A DNA stretch of 64,000 nucleotides, taken from Owenia fusiformis (lineage: Eukaryota). The position numbers and the translations under genes are program-made. The notes beneath the pieces are model-generated. The model searched no databases and was not told where the DNA came from. It was given only the letters and a program-made list of their open reading frames with translations. Below are positions 25,960 through 40,138 of this stretch, one piece after another (positions within the stretch are counted from its first letter, which is position 1; each line of letters starts with the position of its first letter). The stretch covers positions 19,778,001 to 19,842,000 of the forward strand of contig CAIIXF020000001.1 in NCBI GenBank assembly GCA_903813345.2. Direction: 5' to 3'.

Positions 25960-26269
25960 GGCGATACAACTAAGATAAAACAAAGGATGCCATAAGGTTG
26001 TGGCTCTCTAATTTTGAAACAACTTTCCCAGTTATGATGAGTAGATAGAGTGCACTAATGGTTGAAACAGTACTTCATAAAATGGTACATATGCAGACAC
26101 ATGAAGTCGTCCTCCTAATTAAAAGATATTCCTTGAAAATGCATCTCTGAATAAATTTTTTCTATGGCCATGGGCACAGCATTATCAAGAGTATATTGAT
26201 AGGGAGGATATATATAATTTTGTATCTCCTTTTCATAAAGGGCAATAAAGATATACATACATACATAAT

Positions 26270-27070
26270 GTCTATATGTTTGTTAGATAGCGGCCATCTT
26301 GAAAAGTTCTTCTTGAACAGAGCTCCTTTGACCATAGGTATAAGCATATCAAATTTGAACCAAATCCGTCCACTAGTATTTGAGTTATTAAAGGTTTTGT
26401 TTTTTACAAAAAATGGCGGCCATTTTGAAATTCAGCTGCCATCTTGAGAAAATCTTATTGAGCAAAGCTCTGTGTCGCTAGGCATGAGCATGTATAATTT
26501 GGGCCAAATCCACCAACTGGTATTTGGGTTATCAAGGATTTCATTTTTTACAACAAATGGTGGCCATTTTTATAAATAGGGCCATCTTAAAAAATTCATT
26601 TTGAGCAGAGCTCCTATTTCTCTAAGCATCAGTATAATAGATTTGAACAAAATCCTGGTATTTGAGTTATAAAAGATCATGTATTTAACGAAAAATGGTG
26701 GCCATTTTGAAATTCAGAGGCCATCATGAAAAATGTCTCCTTAAGCAGTGCTCCTTTGTCTTCGCCATTTCGAAATTCAGCTGAAAATTTTAGCAGAGCT
26801 CCTGTGTCCCCAGGCACCAGCATATATGATTTGAAAACGAAAATCCGTCTACTAATCTAGTATTTGAGTTATCAAAGATTCCGTTTTTGACGAATTTTGA
26901 GGCCATTTTGAAATTCAGGAGCCATCTTGAAAATGTATTTGTCCCTAGGTATCAGCATTTGAAATTTGATTGCAATCTGTCTACTGGTATATGTGTTATT
27001 AAAGATTACGTGTTTTTGCGAAAAATGGCGTCCACTTTGTTTAGTGGCCAGCTTGAAGATGACCAATTTT
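26270..27070. repeat. Degenerate ~125-bp tandem repeats in the 5'UTR intron of globin 1
   Basis: Recurring aaaatggcggccattttgaaattc...cagagctcc...tatttgagttat units. Confidence 0.7.
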
Positions 27071-27900
27071 AAAAATTCAAATTTATTTTAAGATGTCGGA
27101 CACTTACATGTAAATAACCTGAACAATTGGAGACTCAATTATCAATAAAGGTTTTTTAAATAAGTCTTACTTGAGATAATCCCAATTTGTATTTTTGATT
27201 TCAATAATTTTCTCTGGGCATTAAGATATAGTTAAATTAATGCATTCCTGTAACTAATTGATTAGGAAAGCGAGACAAATGGCCCGAGAACGTATTATTT
27301 CTCCAAATATAAACCTCCAAAATAGAGAGAACTTTTTACTGTAATGAATATGCGATTTTTTAAGTTGAATATTATAAAAGCATTTTTCTCTGAACCACTT
27401 TCATGCATTGATGAATTCGTTTCTCGCTTATTTATCAACCAATTTTCTTAATTTATTTTTGAAAAAAAAACACGTGAGAATAAATGTATGCATTGGTGTG
27501 AAGTATCGCGTATTAAAAGATGCGTGTGGCCTCTAATTCGCAATTGTTTGAACAAAAAAGTCTTTCTAACACCACTCTTTGAAACTAAAATAAAGTTTCA
27601 CATATTTAGATTACATTGTGTAAAACTACTGAACATGTTAATATAAGCGAAAAATGTGGTTTAAACTTTATATGGGGGCTTTAACCATAATTATTTACAA
27701 AGCTTCAAACAAAACGTTTCATGAGATAATATTATTCAATATTTCATAACAAATTTTCAAAATAACACTCTATATAATTCATGTGCGATAATCTTTAGTG
27801 AAGAACTAAAGATGACAAATTGTGTACATTCGTAAATCGTCAAAAATTGTTATTGAGCTGAATCAAAAAAATGAAACCCAAAAATTCACCGACTGCTTAC

Positions 27901-28015
27901 CTGTAAGTCGAGTTCCAACTTCAAACTGTGAAAGTCTGGTGACGGCTTGTGGATCGATCCACGCCTTATATAACCGCCTACTTTCAAAAGCCAATTAAAT
28001 ATTTGGTTAATGTCC
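27901..28015 (-). promoter_or_regulatory. Globin-1 core promoter and non-coding exon 1
   Basis: TATATAAG at 27972-27965; ~40-nt exon ending CAG|GTAAGC at 27901; matching acceptor ttag 10 nt before the ATG; block conserved upstream of each paralog. Confidence 0.8.
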
Positions 28016-29812
28016 TGTTCGCTGATGATAACATTTACTCAAAAATGGGCTTCCAATTGAAAATACAAAGCCTAGAACATGCTGGTGTAGGTTTTTTAAG
28101 GAAGCAAAATCAAACTATTCAAAATGGGAAAAGGAAAAACTCACTTGAAAGCAATTGTTCAACTGATAAACAAAAATTTACGGTCAGATGCCACAAGCGT
28201 ACGTGTTCGAGAGTGTACATGTTCGAGTGCAATTAATCCATAAGTCCAGTCCATTGTATAAATGTCAAAGTGATCGCACTGATTATGAAAATGTTGAACT
28301 CACCCTTTTCTCTAATTGATGTCACATTTAGGGCAAAGGTTTGACTTATTATCTTTAGGCAGAATGATTTATATAGTTAAGACAGTTTGAATATAATGAC
28401 CTAATATATAAATAAAATCGTTTATATGGATGGGGTGACTTTTTAATTATATGTTAGTGGGAATTTTAATGGATGTCGAACTTTCAAATATTTTTTTAGT
28501 CAGAAACGATAAACTAAACATCTTAGGCTTTTTCAGAAATTAATCAATAAGAATTCAATGAACTGTATTGAATGGCCCGTAAGTCCACTGTTTTCTGACT
28601 ATCGTGTCGTTATATCCATGGCCTTTACCACGGGGAGTAAGTCTACAGAATATAAGAGGGGTGGGTTACTTACTCCCCATGGCCGTTACAAAGTTTCTTT
28701 TCATGATCTGGAGTAAAATCTATAATTTAGCTAGTTAAGTTGGGACCTTCACTGGTCATCTCTGAATCTAGATTAAGATTATTTTAATTTAGATACCATA
28801 TAATACCAATCTTATAAGATATACAATATCCCCGTACACTCTACCTTTTCATACTCAGTCAGGGCCTGTTAGTACCATAAACACGGTGCTCTTGTCTTAA
28901 CAATGGAAATTGTTCCGGACGTGTTTTTACAAACGATTTAGACGTGTTTTGTAAGAACATGGAATACGACATTCGTTAGAATGGAGCATAAAGGTAAGAA
29001 TATTCTATATTTTACAAACTAACATTACTTGACTTCTACCTAAGATGTTCTTCTTCATATCCACGTAATCTATTTTGGCGATTATTCCATCATACTTCAT
29101 AGTACTCGCAATTATATTACCAAAAATACTAGAAATATGTACTAAATTTGCATATAGTGTTATTTAATTAAGTTTAAACAGACTATCCATTCAACAACGT
29201 GGAATAATATTAACTACTCTAAAGATGGTGTTCATTTTTTAACTATCTTTATCTTAAAATTGCCATAAATGACTGTAAATGTAGAAAGTGGAGTTAACGA
29301 TGGAGAAGGGATATTTTTGGACACATCTAAATAGTTTAATCCAAAAAAGGTATTCGGTCAATTGCTACTTATTTAAGCTTTTTTAATTTGTGATTTTCGA
29401 ACATATCGTGGGTACTTTCCTTATGAATAGATGTATTTATTGAATACAAAAATATGTGTAACACTGCCAGAATCGCTCATTTTCCGATTTAACAAGGCTA
29501 TAGCACAAGATTCGTGCAAATAACGCGTTTGTGGATACCTGAAGTTAGGATATATAATATGGTAAGCAATACTAAATCGTTTGAAAAAACACGTCCAAGA
29601 CAATCTCCACTGTTAACACTTGGTCACCGTGATAAAAGAATGTCTGGGAGACAACCAGATTCTTTTCACACATAATCAAGACACTTCGATTTCAACATTT
29701 CGACATAACAAACGGTTGATTATTATATCATTTTTAAGTAGTCTAGCTACAAGACCTCGCCCCCCCCGTCCACAAACCTCCAAACAAGTTGTGTTGATGA
29801 AGTACACAAGGG

Positions 29813-31038
29813 CACGATGCCCATGTCAAGCAGCGTGCCTACTAGGCACGCAGTTTGAAACTCTGACAAACTGCGCGCATATTTCAAAATGTGAGACGGA
29901 GAGGACACGACTCCCAAAAAGAGCCAAAATACGAAAAATACAAGGTTAGTCTCGTTCTAAAGATAGTACCATTCTGTGAAGATGAACTTAATTTACTCAT
30001 AATACTCAATGTTTCTCCCGATGTAAACCTATTTATCTCAATATAAGGGTCTTAAGTAACTTCTGTGTTCAAAATTTACAATGTAAAGTTATATCTATGT
30101 CTTTTTATCGTCATTTGCCGTTTATTCAGCCATTGCGTCTGTGTATGCTAGAATATATAGGATCACTCCATCTGATTAAAGCAGCAAGGTTTGTGTTCAA
30201 AACGATAATACGCCATAAACGTGATTTAAACATTTTTCTTGTCAAACTGCGTGCCTAATATTTCCAAACTGCTTGCCTATCCAAGCTTGTTTTGTATTAT
30301 TAGAAAACATAAGCGCCATACAAGGCACATATGTGTCTAATAGTAGAACCCCATAATTGAAACACTATGAGAGTCCATCCACCAAGATGGTGATCTGAAA
30401 ATAAAAGTTTTTTTCGTTCCCAACTTAATTGTCACTTCTATTATACGTTTTGACTTTCAATATGAAAATCTCATAAAATCTGACGATAAAGCAAAATTTC
30501 CAAAGCTACATGAAAAACACCTACACGTGCTTCTGTCGAAATTCCAATGATAATATGTAGTTTTAATAGTGTATGCGCACAGTTTGTAATTTCTGGCTAA
30601 AATAGGCGCGCAGTTTGGGATTTATTTCTTTTTAATCTCCTGATTATCTGTTTTATCTCGAAATATTTTGAATTATACATGATAAATGTGTAAGGAATTA
30701 AATATAAAACGAGTCTAAAGTATTTGTCATTTGTGTTTAAAGTGCTAGATCGATTTACGTATAAATTCCCGTTAAATCAGTGACGAAAATGCCATTAATC
30801 TGCTTATGTTTTAAAACTTAGATTCATTTGCACATAGTTTTTGCTAGTATTTGCAAGATTCGTATATTCGCCACAGAATGAACGCATTGAGCAAGAAAAC
30901 AATGCAAGATAAATGTCTTTAAATTACGTTTCAAAATACAGACTCCAACTTAAATGATGTAATGTTGTAAGGCACGCAGTTTGTGATCGAAACAAACTGC
31001 GCGCCTGAGTAGGCGCGCAGCTTGACATGGGCACCGTG
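29813..31038. mobile_element. Non-autonomous Transib-like element
   Basis: 5-bp TSD AAGGG; TIR CACGATGCCCATGTCAAGC / GCTTGACATGGGCACCGTG; dispersed AGGCRCGCAGTTTG motifs inside. Confidence 0.75.
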
Positions 31039-31409
31039 AAGGGGGAGGTCCACAGTCCTGAAGCAAGATTATCAAATAATATGACATCAAATTATATTAT
31101 TAAATTTTGTCTATTACAGTCTTATACAACAATTAGAGATGAATGGTTATGCTCTCTTAATCTGCACTGTACAACACCAGGCCATTGGTTGTACCGCGGA
31201 GCAATATGAGCGTTAATACAATCACATAAAAATAATTTGAATACAACTGCAGAATAGGAAACGAGCTAGTGTCTCAGAGCTATGACTGCCAGTCATGGTT
31301 GGACGGAGCTATTGTCTTTTGTCTATTCGCAGTGCAAATAGTTGGGGTGCAGGATCGAAACTTGGCACAGTCCACATTTCAGCAAACTGTCCATATGTTC
31401 TCATTTTGT

Positions 31410-33579
31410 TCACTGTAATTGAGCTGTCATTCCTTGGATGATGTCAGTGTAGCAGTCTGCCCAAGCTTCGTTGTCGTAATCATCAATAGCTGCAGAAAAA
31501 ATTTCTTCCAGGACTTGTCCAAGTTGCTGAAAATGGAATGCGTTAGGTAATGAAGTGGCTGTTGGATTTGGCCATACTTTGACCTTATGTTTGTCCAGTG
31601 TATATATTTCGGAGACTTTGATTCTATATTGTACATATTGAATGGCTATTTTTAATTCTTTATTTTTATCTTTGGAATAGACGCAGCCATAGTTGTAAAG
31701 CCATTAATTAAATTTAATAATTGATTAAATAAATAATAACATAACGACATACGTATAGCACATGTTCATGAATCTTTCATTGACAATGATTAAACCTTAG
31801 CTGAATGCAACTTTCGTGGAGGGATCAATGAGATTCTCCGGTGTTAATAATAGGAAAGTACTATCTACTATCTAGTATAATGTTTTGAATTGTAAAACTG
31901 TGATTTTACGGAAACTACAGTCATCGCAAGGGTTACCCAACATATTTACTATTTCTACAACGTAACTATTCCGCAATTTGATTTCATTTAAACTTAACCT
32001 ACCTCAAAATATTCGTATTTTAGATTTGGAATATTGGAATGGAAGGCGGCGAGATGTCCCAATTGTGATGTATATACTTCAGCGTCTCCAAGCTCCGAAA
32101 TAACATTACCAAGACCTCCCAGAACTCTGGCGCAATGAGCTTGGAATTTAGGTGAATTTGTGTCATCGCTGTCGAATTTCGAGAACAGCGCTCTTGAATC
32201 AGGTGCTAACTTGAACAATCTGAAATAGATATTCAAAATACATATTTACTGACAGAAACATTCCTATTCATCATACAAACACATGGATTCACAAAAACAA
32301 GAGCGTCGTAAACCTGTTACTGTTTTCTTTCAACTCTGCAACTTGAGCGTATGTTCACCACGTTGGATCCACAGTTTATAATGTATGTCTATGTATGGGT
32401 GAACATAAAATAACACAGGGCTCCTTTGAGGAGGGGTATCTGGGTCTATCTTCCAGGCTAATTACGTTAATTACGACCGATACGGGATATACCCAAGAGG
32501 TATTGCTCACGTTCATTGGTGGTAAACAAAATACAAAACAATACATGGTGTAGACTATGGCGATGGCTTTGAAGGATGTTATGTCATGGATAAAGTATGA
32601 CTTCTGGGTTTTATGATAAATAATAGCCGAGGGTAGTTAGGCTAAATCGGGGGCTAAATACTGTTATTTATCTTAAAACCAAGAACGAGTGATTCATCTA
32701 ACTTATACCCCACAGACTCTTATGAAAGGTATAGTCCATGATCCAATTTGGAAAATTTAAAATCTTACACCCCAGTCACATTTGTCGTACGGCAGCCGTA
32801 CGTCGACCGCGGTATTTTTTAAAGCGGAGGTCAAATAGGTATGCTGTATATATATATTCTTTAAAATAAAAGTACAGTTCATTCTATTGTGTTGCTACCT
32901 ATTAAGTTGGGTTTAAGGACTCTGAAACAGTATTTTGTCTGACCCATTTCATGAGAAACTTAATCCAAAACATTGTATGAGTGCTATGAGTAAGCCTTCT
33001 GATCTTCAACATTTTCGATGTTAAAAAACCTAGTTAAGACATCTTTCAATCTAGCTGTTCTTCAACATTTATTGTGATTACCAGGACTTCAGTATCAATG
33101 AAATGTCCCATCGTCTTGATCGATGCCTGAATGTTGACAATGGGGGAGGGGGTGCTTATTAGTCAATTTTTCCGTATTCCTTAAATCATATAGTTATGGA
33201 TTTTTGGGGCTTGTTTTCCCAATGACATTGTGATCTTACATGTGTTTCATGTATTTTAATTTGTAGTTGCTAGTCTTGTCTCTTTTAGCATCTGTGTATC
33301 GATGGTCCAATCAGAGCTCTATTCCCAAAAATCTTCTTTTGAATTTAGATGAATTTATGTAGTTTTGCCAGTATATCAAAAAGTTCTGAAGGTGGCGAGG
33401 CCTATTAAATAAACATTTACTTACGATCTAAACGCCGCTTTACCGACGACATCCCTATGGGTATTGTACACCGCGTTCCATTGGGTCTGCACCTTGATTC
33501 TGTGCAAATCGTCTTTGCAGATCCCTTGTACAACTACAGCGCCGACGACGAGGCAGGCAAATATTGCGAGGACTTTCAT
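31410..33579 (-). CDS. Secreted extracellular-type globin, paralog 2 (162 aa; exons 33579-33425, 32219-32003, 31526-31410)
   Basis: Near-identical to paralog 1 (WNAVYNTHRDVVGKAAFRS; FQAHCARVLGGL; QLGQVLEEIF...AWADCY); intact GT-AG junctions. Confidence 0.95.
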
Positions 33580-33641
33580 GGCGATACAACTAAGATAAAA
33601 TAAAGAGTGGCATAAGTAGCTATCCGATTTTGGAATAATAA

Positions 33642-34658
33642 TTTTTATCGCACCCTAAGGTGCTATATTGTAATCAGTTTGCCGGGTGGGCGTCCCGAAT
33701 AATCTTGACTACAGGTTTCCAGCCAAACCGTTTGAGGGATTCATTTGAAATTCTTAGGGATGTTTCTACCTATGAAAGTTTAGAACTGATTAGTTTTTCG
33801 GCATTCTGGGTAAATGTTAAGGCGGCCATTTTGGATTTTCCGTCCTAAAATCTTGTCTGTCAAGGCTTGTCTACAGGTTTCCAGCCAAACCGTTTTAGGG
33901 ATTCATTTGAAATTCTCAGGGATGTTTCTACCTATGAAAGTTTAGAACTGATTAGTTTTTCGGCATTCTGGGTAAATGTTAAGGCGGCCATTTTGGATTT
34001 TCCGTCCTAAAATCTTGTCTGTCAAGGCTTGTCTACAGGTTTCCAGCCAAACCGTTTGAGGGATTCATTTGAAATTCTCAGGGATGTTTCTACCTATGAA
34101 AGTTTAGAACTGATTAGTTTTTCGACATTCTGGATAATTGTTAAAACCGTTTGAGGGATTCGTTTGAAATTCTCAGGGATGTTTCTACCTATAAAAGTTT
34201 AGAACTGATTAGTTTTTCGGCATTCTTGGTAAATGTTAAGGCGGCCATTTTGGATTTTTCGTCCTAAAATCGTGTCTGTGAAAGCTTGTTTTAAAAAATA
34301 AAAAAGAATTTCCCATTGAGAGCAATGTTAAATTAAAACATTTTTTAGAAACAACTAAACGGTCAATCTTTCCAATTTTCACATATTTTGTAATACATCA
34401 GTATATCTTTTACCCGGATTTCTTTTCAGGAAAATCTGAATTGTAGAAAAAAGCTGATACTTTGTGAAGTAATACCTTAAAACGTGTCTCTTGAGGGTTG
34501 TTTACAGGTTTCATGGATTCATCCTAAAAGTTTCTATGGAAAGTTTAAAACTGATTAGTTTTTAGGCAGTCTGGGTAATTTTTAAGGTGGCCATTTTGAA
34601 TTTTCCATCCAGTGTATTCTGTTCAAGGGTGCGATTCTGTTCACCCTGTGGCTTGTTT
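33642..34658 (+). mobile_element. Helentron/HINE-like element with a 162-bp core tandem repeat
   Basis: Starts TTTTTATCGCACCC; inverted GGGTGCGAT near the 3' end (~34628); core units start at ~33709, 33871 and 34033. Confidence 0.6.
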
Positions 34659-34677
34659 AAGTTGTGGTGAGTATATT

Positions 34678-35730
34678 CACGGGGTACCATCGAATAATTT
34701 TGGCAACGTACCGGAGAACGACATTTTACTAAGAAATGGCAATAATTAAGCACAATATATTTTTTAACTCGAGTTCTACTTTGATTTTGACAAAAGTAAG
34801 TATTCCATGCAATGGCTATTTCATTCATGAATTTGAAGGAATTCTGTTGGAACCCAGTTCTGATCAAGTACGAAGTTATTGAAATCGGCGCAGTCGGACT
34901 TTACTCCGAAAGATGGTTTTTCGATTATAACTTTTTACAACATTTAAGTATAGACTTTTGAAAAAAGTACAGAATAGTCCTTATACTATTGAATAATTCT
35001 GTTATTTCTGATTCACACGACTCTGATTTGTTTAATTAAAAAAAAAGTTTTAAAAATATTACTTAGGAACGTAACCGGAGCTGGGAACGTAACCGGAGCA
35101 GATCAGTTGAATTATATAATTTAAAAAAATACAATATATGATTTAAAGCATATATATTATTTACAAACACATATGAATGTTAAAATGAGCATTTTTTATT
35201 ACCCTTCACTTACAGGAAAATCAATGCATGGCAATTAGTATAAATTAGAAATTAATTAGAAATTAGTATAACAGACGTTAATTTTTTTGATTAAATAATT
35301 CAACTGATCTGCTCCGGTTACGTTCCCAGCTCCGGTTACGTTCCTAAGTAATATTTTTAAAACTTTTTTTTTAATTAAACAAATCAGAGTCGTGTGAATC
35401 AGAAATAACAGAATTATTCAAAAGTATAAGGACTATTCTGTACTTTTTTCAAAAGTCTATACCTAAATGTTGTGAAAAATATAATCGAAAAACCATCTTT
35501 CGGAGTAAAGTCCGTCTGCGCCGATTTCAATAACTTCGTACTTGATCAGAACTGGGTTCCAACAGAATTCCTACAAACTCATGAATGAAATAGTTATTGC
35601 ATGGAATACTTACTTTTGTCAAAATCAAAATAGAACTCTAGTTAAAAATATATTGTGCTAAATTATTGCCATTTCTTAGTAAAATGTCGTTCTCCGGTAC
35701 GTTGCCAAAATTATTCGATGGCACCCCGTG
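34678..35730. mobile_element. Near-perfect palindromic element (~440-bp TIRs), Transib-like ends
   Basis: 5-bp TSD ATATT; CACGGGGTACCATCGAATAATTTTGGCAAC ... GTTGCCAAAATTATTCGATGGCACCCCGTG; ~180-bp AT-rich spacer. Confidence 0.85.
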
Positions 35731-36149
35731 ATATTAAGTATTCAATGCTTGAAACAGGACATCAATGATACATACACAAACACATGGAGGCGTCCTCATA
35801 TTATCCGATGAAAAACATCTCTGTAACATTTTTCTATGGGCATATGTACATGATTGTATTATTGATTATTGGTTTCATCTATAAATGTAAAATAATGTCT
35901 GCACTGACAATAGTATCTTAGTTTAAAAAAAAACTATTTTAATATAATTGAATATACTGTACAGTCACATCATGATCAAATATATAAGCTATATCTTTGA
36001 CTGATTGAATAATGTACGTTTGTAAGAATATCTTTTATAATATATTGAAAGTATGTCATGTTTTTTTAGTAGTAAATCCACATTGGGACAATTTTGACCA
36101 AAAGTTTTGAACTTTATATTTTGAATAAAAGAGAAACAGATGGCTAATA

Positions 36150-36700
36150 ATGTAAAATATATAATACGCACAATGTGTGATAATTTAGACAATTTATGGC
36201 TCAAATTTTTGCAGTCATTGCTTGTTGGAGTTCTGCAATTGCGGTAGGGTTATTTTCATACACATTATCCTTTAAATAACCCCATATATAGAAGTCAGAC
36301 GCATTGAGATCAAGACGTTGTGATGACCATGGGTTCTCCATCCTAGGAGAGATAATCTTCTCATAGAAATGACTAGTGAGCCAGGCTATGCTATCATAAG
36401 AAGTATGAGGAGTAGCTCCATACTTTTAGAATCACTGTTCTTGTCTATTGAAGCCTGTATGTCATTCTAGAACTGCCTAGAACTTCCTGGGAACACTAAT
36501 ATTGCGCTGTGTGTTAACAGTAACAGTGTTGCCATTATCAACCTCAAACCAAAAGGGGCTGATGATTTCATGTTTGGAAATTGGCAGCCCAAGCTGTGCA
36601 TTTAACAGAATGAAGGGGCCTTTGAAGCACTTCATCTGGAATTTGTGATCCCAGAACACATTATTTCTTGAGTTTACATGTTCAGAAAGAAGGGAATGTG
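36150..36700 (-). pseudogene. Degenerate Tc1/mariner-family transposase fragment
   Basis: The minus strand reads IISPFWFE...NGNTVTVN, PWSSQRLDLNA (cf. WPPRSPDLNP) and DFYIWGYLKDNVYENNP; interrupted by stops and frameshifts. Confidence 0.75.
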
Positions 36701-37520
36701 AAGTTTTATTAAAGTTTGAAGATATATTTTCCGTCCCAATTAAAAGTTATATATGAACAATTTCAAAAATCCAGACTTATTTTAAGATTTCGGACTGACA
36801 CTTAAATCAAAAATAAAGGCATGTGGACTGTAATTTTCTAAAACAGTTCCTTAATTGACAGAAACGCAGCTTGAATTGTCGATTTCAATATTTTTATTAT
36901 CAACTCTTGGGCATCAAGATGAGTTACTTTAATATATTCCTGTAACTAATTTATGAGAAACAAGAGTGAGAAAATAATTTGGCTTGAAAACCTTTTATTT
37001 TTCCCCGATATCAACCTCCAAAAATAGAGAAAGAACCTTTTTACTGAAATAAACATGCAGTTTTTTAGTATAAATTATTGTACAAATCTAAATTTATTTT
37101 ATGAGTTAAAACAACTCTAGCAATCATACAGTAGTTCTGTGTAAATATGTATGGAAAATACAACACCAGAACGTGAATTGAAACGCTGCATCTCAAAAAG
37201 TAAATATGATTTTATTAAATATTAAAACAGAATAAATGCATTGTTTATCATGTTACCAATTGAATAAGGCTGTATTATATAGTTATTGAAAAAGCGAACA
37301 AAACATTTTCTGAAGATAATACAAAGTGAAAAGCATTAACTTTCTTGAAAAACATTTTCCTAACTCAATGACAATTGAAAATCTTAAGTATATATTCATT
37401 GGCGATACTCTTTGATTGAATAACTAAAGCTGACAAATGTTGTACAATTCGTAAATTCTCAAAATTAACTTATTTAGCTGACTTCAGAATATTAAAGATA
37501 AAAAATCACAAACTGCTTAC

Positions 37521-37635
37521 CGGCTAGTCGTGTTCCAACTTCAGATCTGTAAAGGCCTGGTGACGTTTGAGGATTGATCCACGTCTTATATAACAACCTA
37601 GTTTGAAAAGCCAATTAAATATTTGATTAACGTCC
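37521..37635 (-). promoter_or_regulatory. Globin-2 core promoter and non-coding exon 1
   Basis: TATATAAG at 37592-37585; donor CCG|GTAAGC at 37521; homologous to 27901-28015. Confidence 0.8.
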
Positions 37636-39124
37636 GTGATAAGTTCTACCAAAAATGGCCTACAAATATAAAATGCCCTGAATGTCAAAGCCTGGAACAG
37701 AAGAAGAAAAGAAGCAAAATCATCAAATTTGTGGAAAGTGGAAAGGGAAACACTCGTTCACTAGAAAAACGATGAAGTATTATAATTATGAATTGAAAAC
37801 GAACATTTAAAATCAGATGCCACAAATGTCATAAAAGCGTCGTACGTGTAAGTAATCCATCACCAAGTCCAGGCTATTGTTTCATGTCAAAGTGTTCGCA
37901 CTAATTGTCAAAATGTTGTTCTCACTTTTTTCTTTAATTTGTGTCAAAGTGATCGCACTAGGATTACCAGAATGTTGAACTCACTTTTTCTTTAATTAGG
38001 TGTCGTATCTAGGTCAGTTTATTCAACTTTACGCAGGGTGATTTATGGTTTAGTACAGTTTGTATACAATGACAGAATGACGTTATACTTAAGTGGTAAT
38101 TTTGTCTAATCATTTGATTTGCCTATATCCAAATTTTTGCCAGGTTCGGAAAATTAGATATCTGAAATATTATCATCATAATGTTATCCAATGGGATGTC
38201 TCTTGTCATTGGGAACATCAGAATAAGGAAAATGATATTTAACCATTCGGAAAATTAACCAATCGAATTTACAAATACCATTAAAAACAGTAAAATAAGA
38301 TTAGTTACCTGGGGTATGACATCGTTACTCTTGTATATGAAATATGCGGTATTGATTTTTTCGATTTTATATGCAGGATGGAATTTTGATGGATGGAGAT
38401 TTTTCAAATATTTTTTACAGATCGGTCAGGAATGATAAACTAACATTTTATTTCCCAGGAATGAATCCATCAGAATCCACTGAACTGTTTTGAATATTTT
38501 TCTTAAGCACTAAAACACTGAAGAATTTTTGAAAATTGCCATATATGGTGCCTCTGAGATAATATATAAAGTATACACATGGGCATACATATGTAGTGTT
38601 ATATATCATTTTAAAGCATATGATATACTCTTTCAGAATCAATAGGTTTTTAAGTCTCATTTTATAGGTTGTCATGGTTACAAGATTCCAAAAATACATT
38701 GGGTTTGTGCTTGGACGTGATATCTTTTTTGATGAATTATTTTTGCACAGTCCTACGTCTAGACAATTAAAAACTAATTGCTATTACTTTTGTTTGAAGG
38801 CATACTAATTTTTGTGAAGTTCACAATTTCCATAATTCTGAGTAACGGAGAGACTCTTGAAAATGCAAGTTTTGTTAGATGGCGAAATTGAGTCATATTT
38901 TTGATACAGAGCACATGGAATCTAATGTAGCTACAATGTATTGTGTATCATTGATCATTTTTGAATCTAGATAACATTATTCTCATTTCAGATATCTTCT
39001 AGTTTGTATATATGTTTTACCCTGGCCCTCTTATAATACCATATACGACTTTCACACATCTTAAGACGATATCCCGGGGAGTTTACACCCTATGTATAGG
39101 CCTAGTCCGTCACGTGACTTTATG

Positions 39125-40138
39125 GATGATGGGAAAAATGGGACACACGTATTTCAAAAACAAATATTGATTTTCTAGATGAAAACATGTCATATTATAT
39201 TCCAATGGATAGGGAATTTACTCATCTTTAATATGATATATGATAAGTTCAAATTTATTGTAATATCTGTCAACCAGCGTCCATAATATAAATGACGTCA
39301 TTTTCGTTTCAAAATGGGTTTTCCAATCTTACAAACACCAAGTTTTATTGTCAACTTTATGTTTTATTATAAACAGACATTCAATATGTCCACCATTTTG
39401 ATCAATTGTAGCCCTCGATTTTGGCCTAAACTGGTCAATATGCATCATTGATATGCTGTTGAGACAATGAATATCACTTCTCAATAAGTCTGTCCTTTAA
39501 GAGACTGAATAGATTTAAAGGACGTATGGTACACTAGTTCTGGGCGATCGGGTGATCTTGGGAGGCAGTGATTAAGCGGGGATGAATCTAGGAACATTTT
39601 CTTTTAAACATTTGACACTCTTGTGGGATCTATTGCTTAGAGCCCCATCTTGTTGGAAAATGTAGATTCGAAAATGAGCTCATATCATGTCAGGATGGTT
39701 CAAAAACAACATAATTGGATCATCCGATATCAACGTCTGCGACGACCACATATTGGGAGAACGAATAGAATTGGTTTATCATGAACCCCTTACATCTATT
39801 CTGTCCCTTATTAAGGATAGAATTGTTGAGAAGTGAAATCCATTGTCTCAACAGCATATCAATGATACTATTGACCAGTTTATGCCAAAATTGAGGATTA
39901 CAATTGATCAAAACGGTGGACATATTGAATATCTGTTGATAAAAACTTGGTTTTTGCAAGTTTTGGAAAACCCGTTTTGAAATGGAAATGACATCGTTTA
40001 TATTATGGACGCTGGTTGACAGACATTATAATTAATTTGTACTTATGATATAGTAAATTAAAGATAAGTGAATTCCCTATCCAATGGTATATAATATAAC
40101 ATGTTTTCATACGTGTGTCCCATTTTTGGACCACCCTG
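39125..40138 (-). mobile_element. Internally deleted Tc1-like transposon with long TIRs
   Basis: Inverted arms ~39136-39490 and ~39825-40138 ending GGACCACCCTG; the interior retains IYIFQQDGA and LPRSPD motifs (~39540-39668, minus). Confidence 0.75.
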
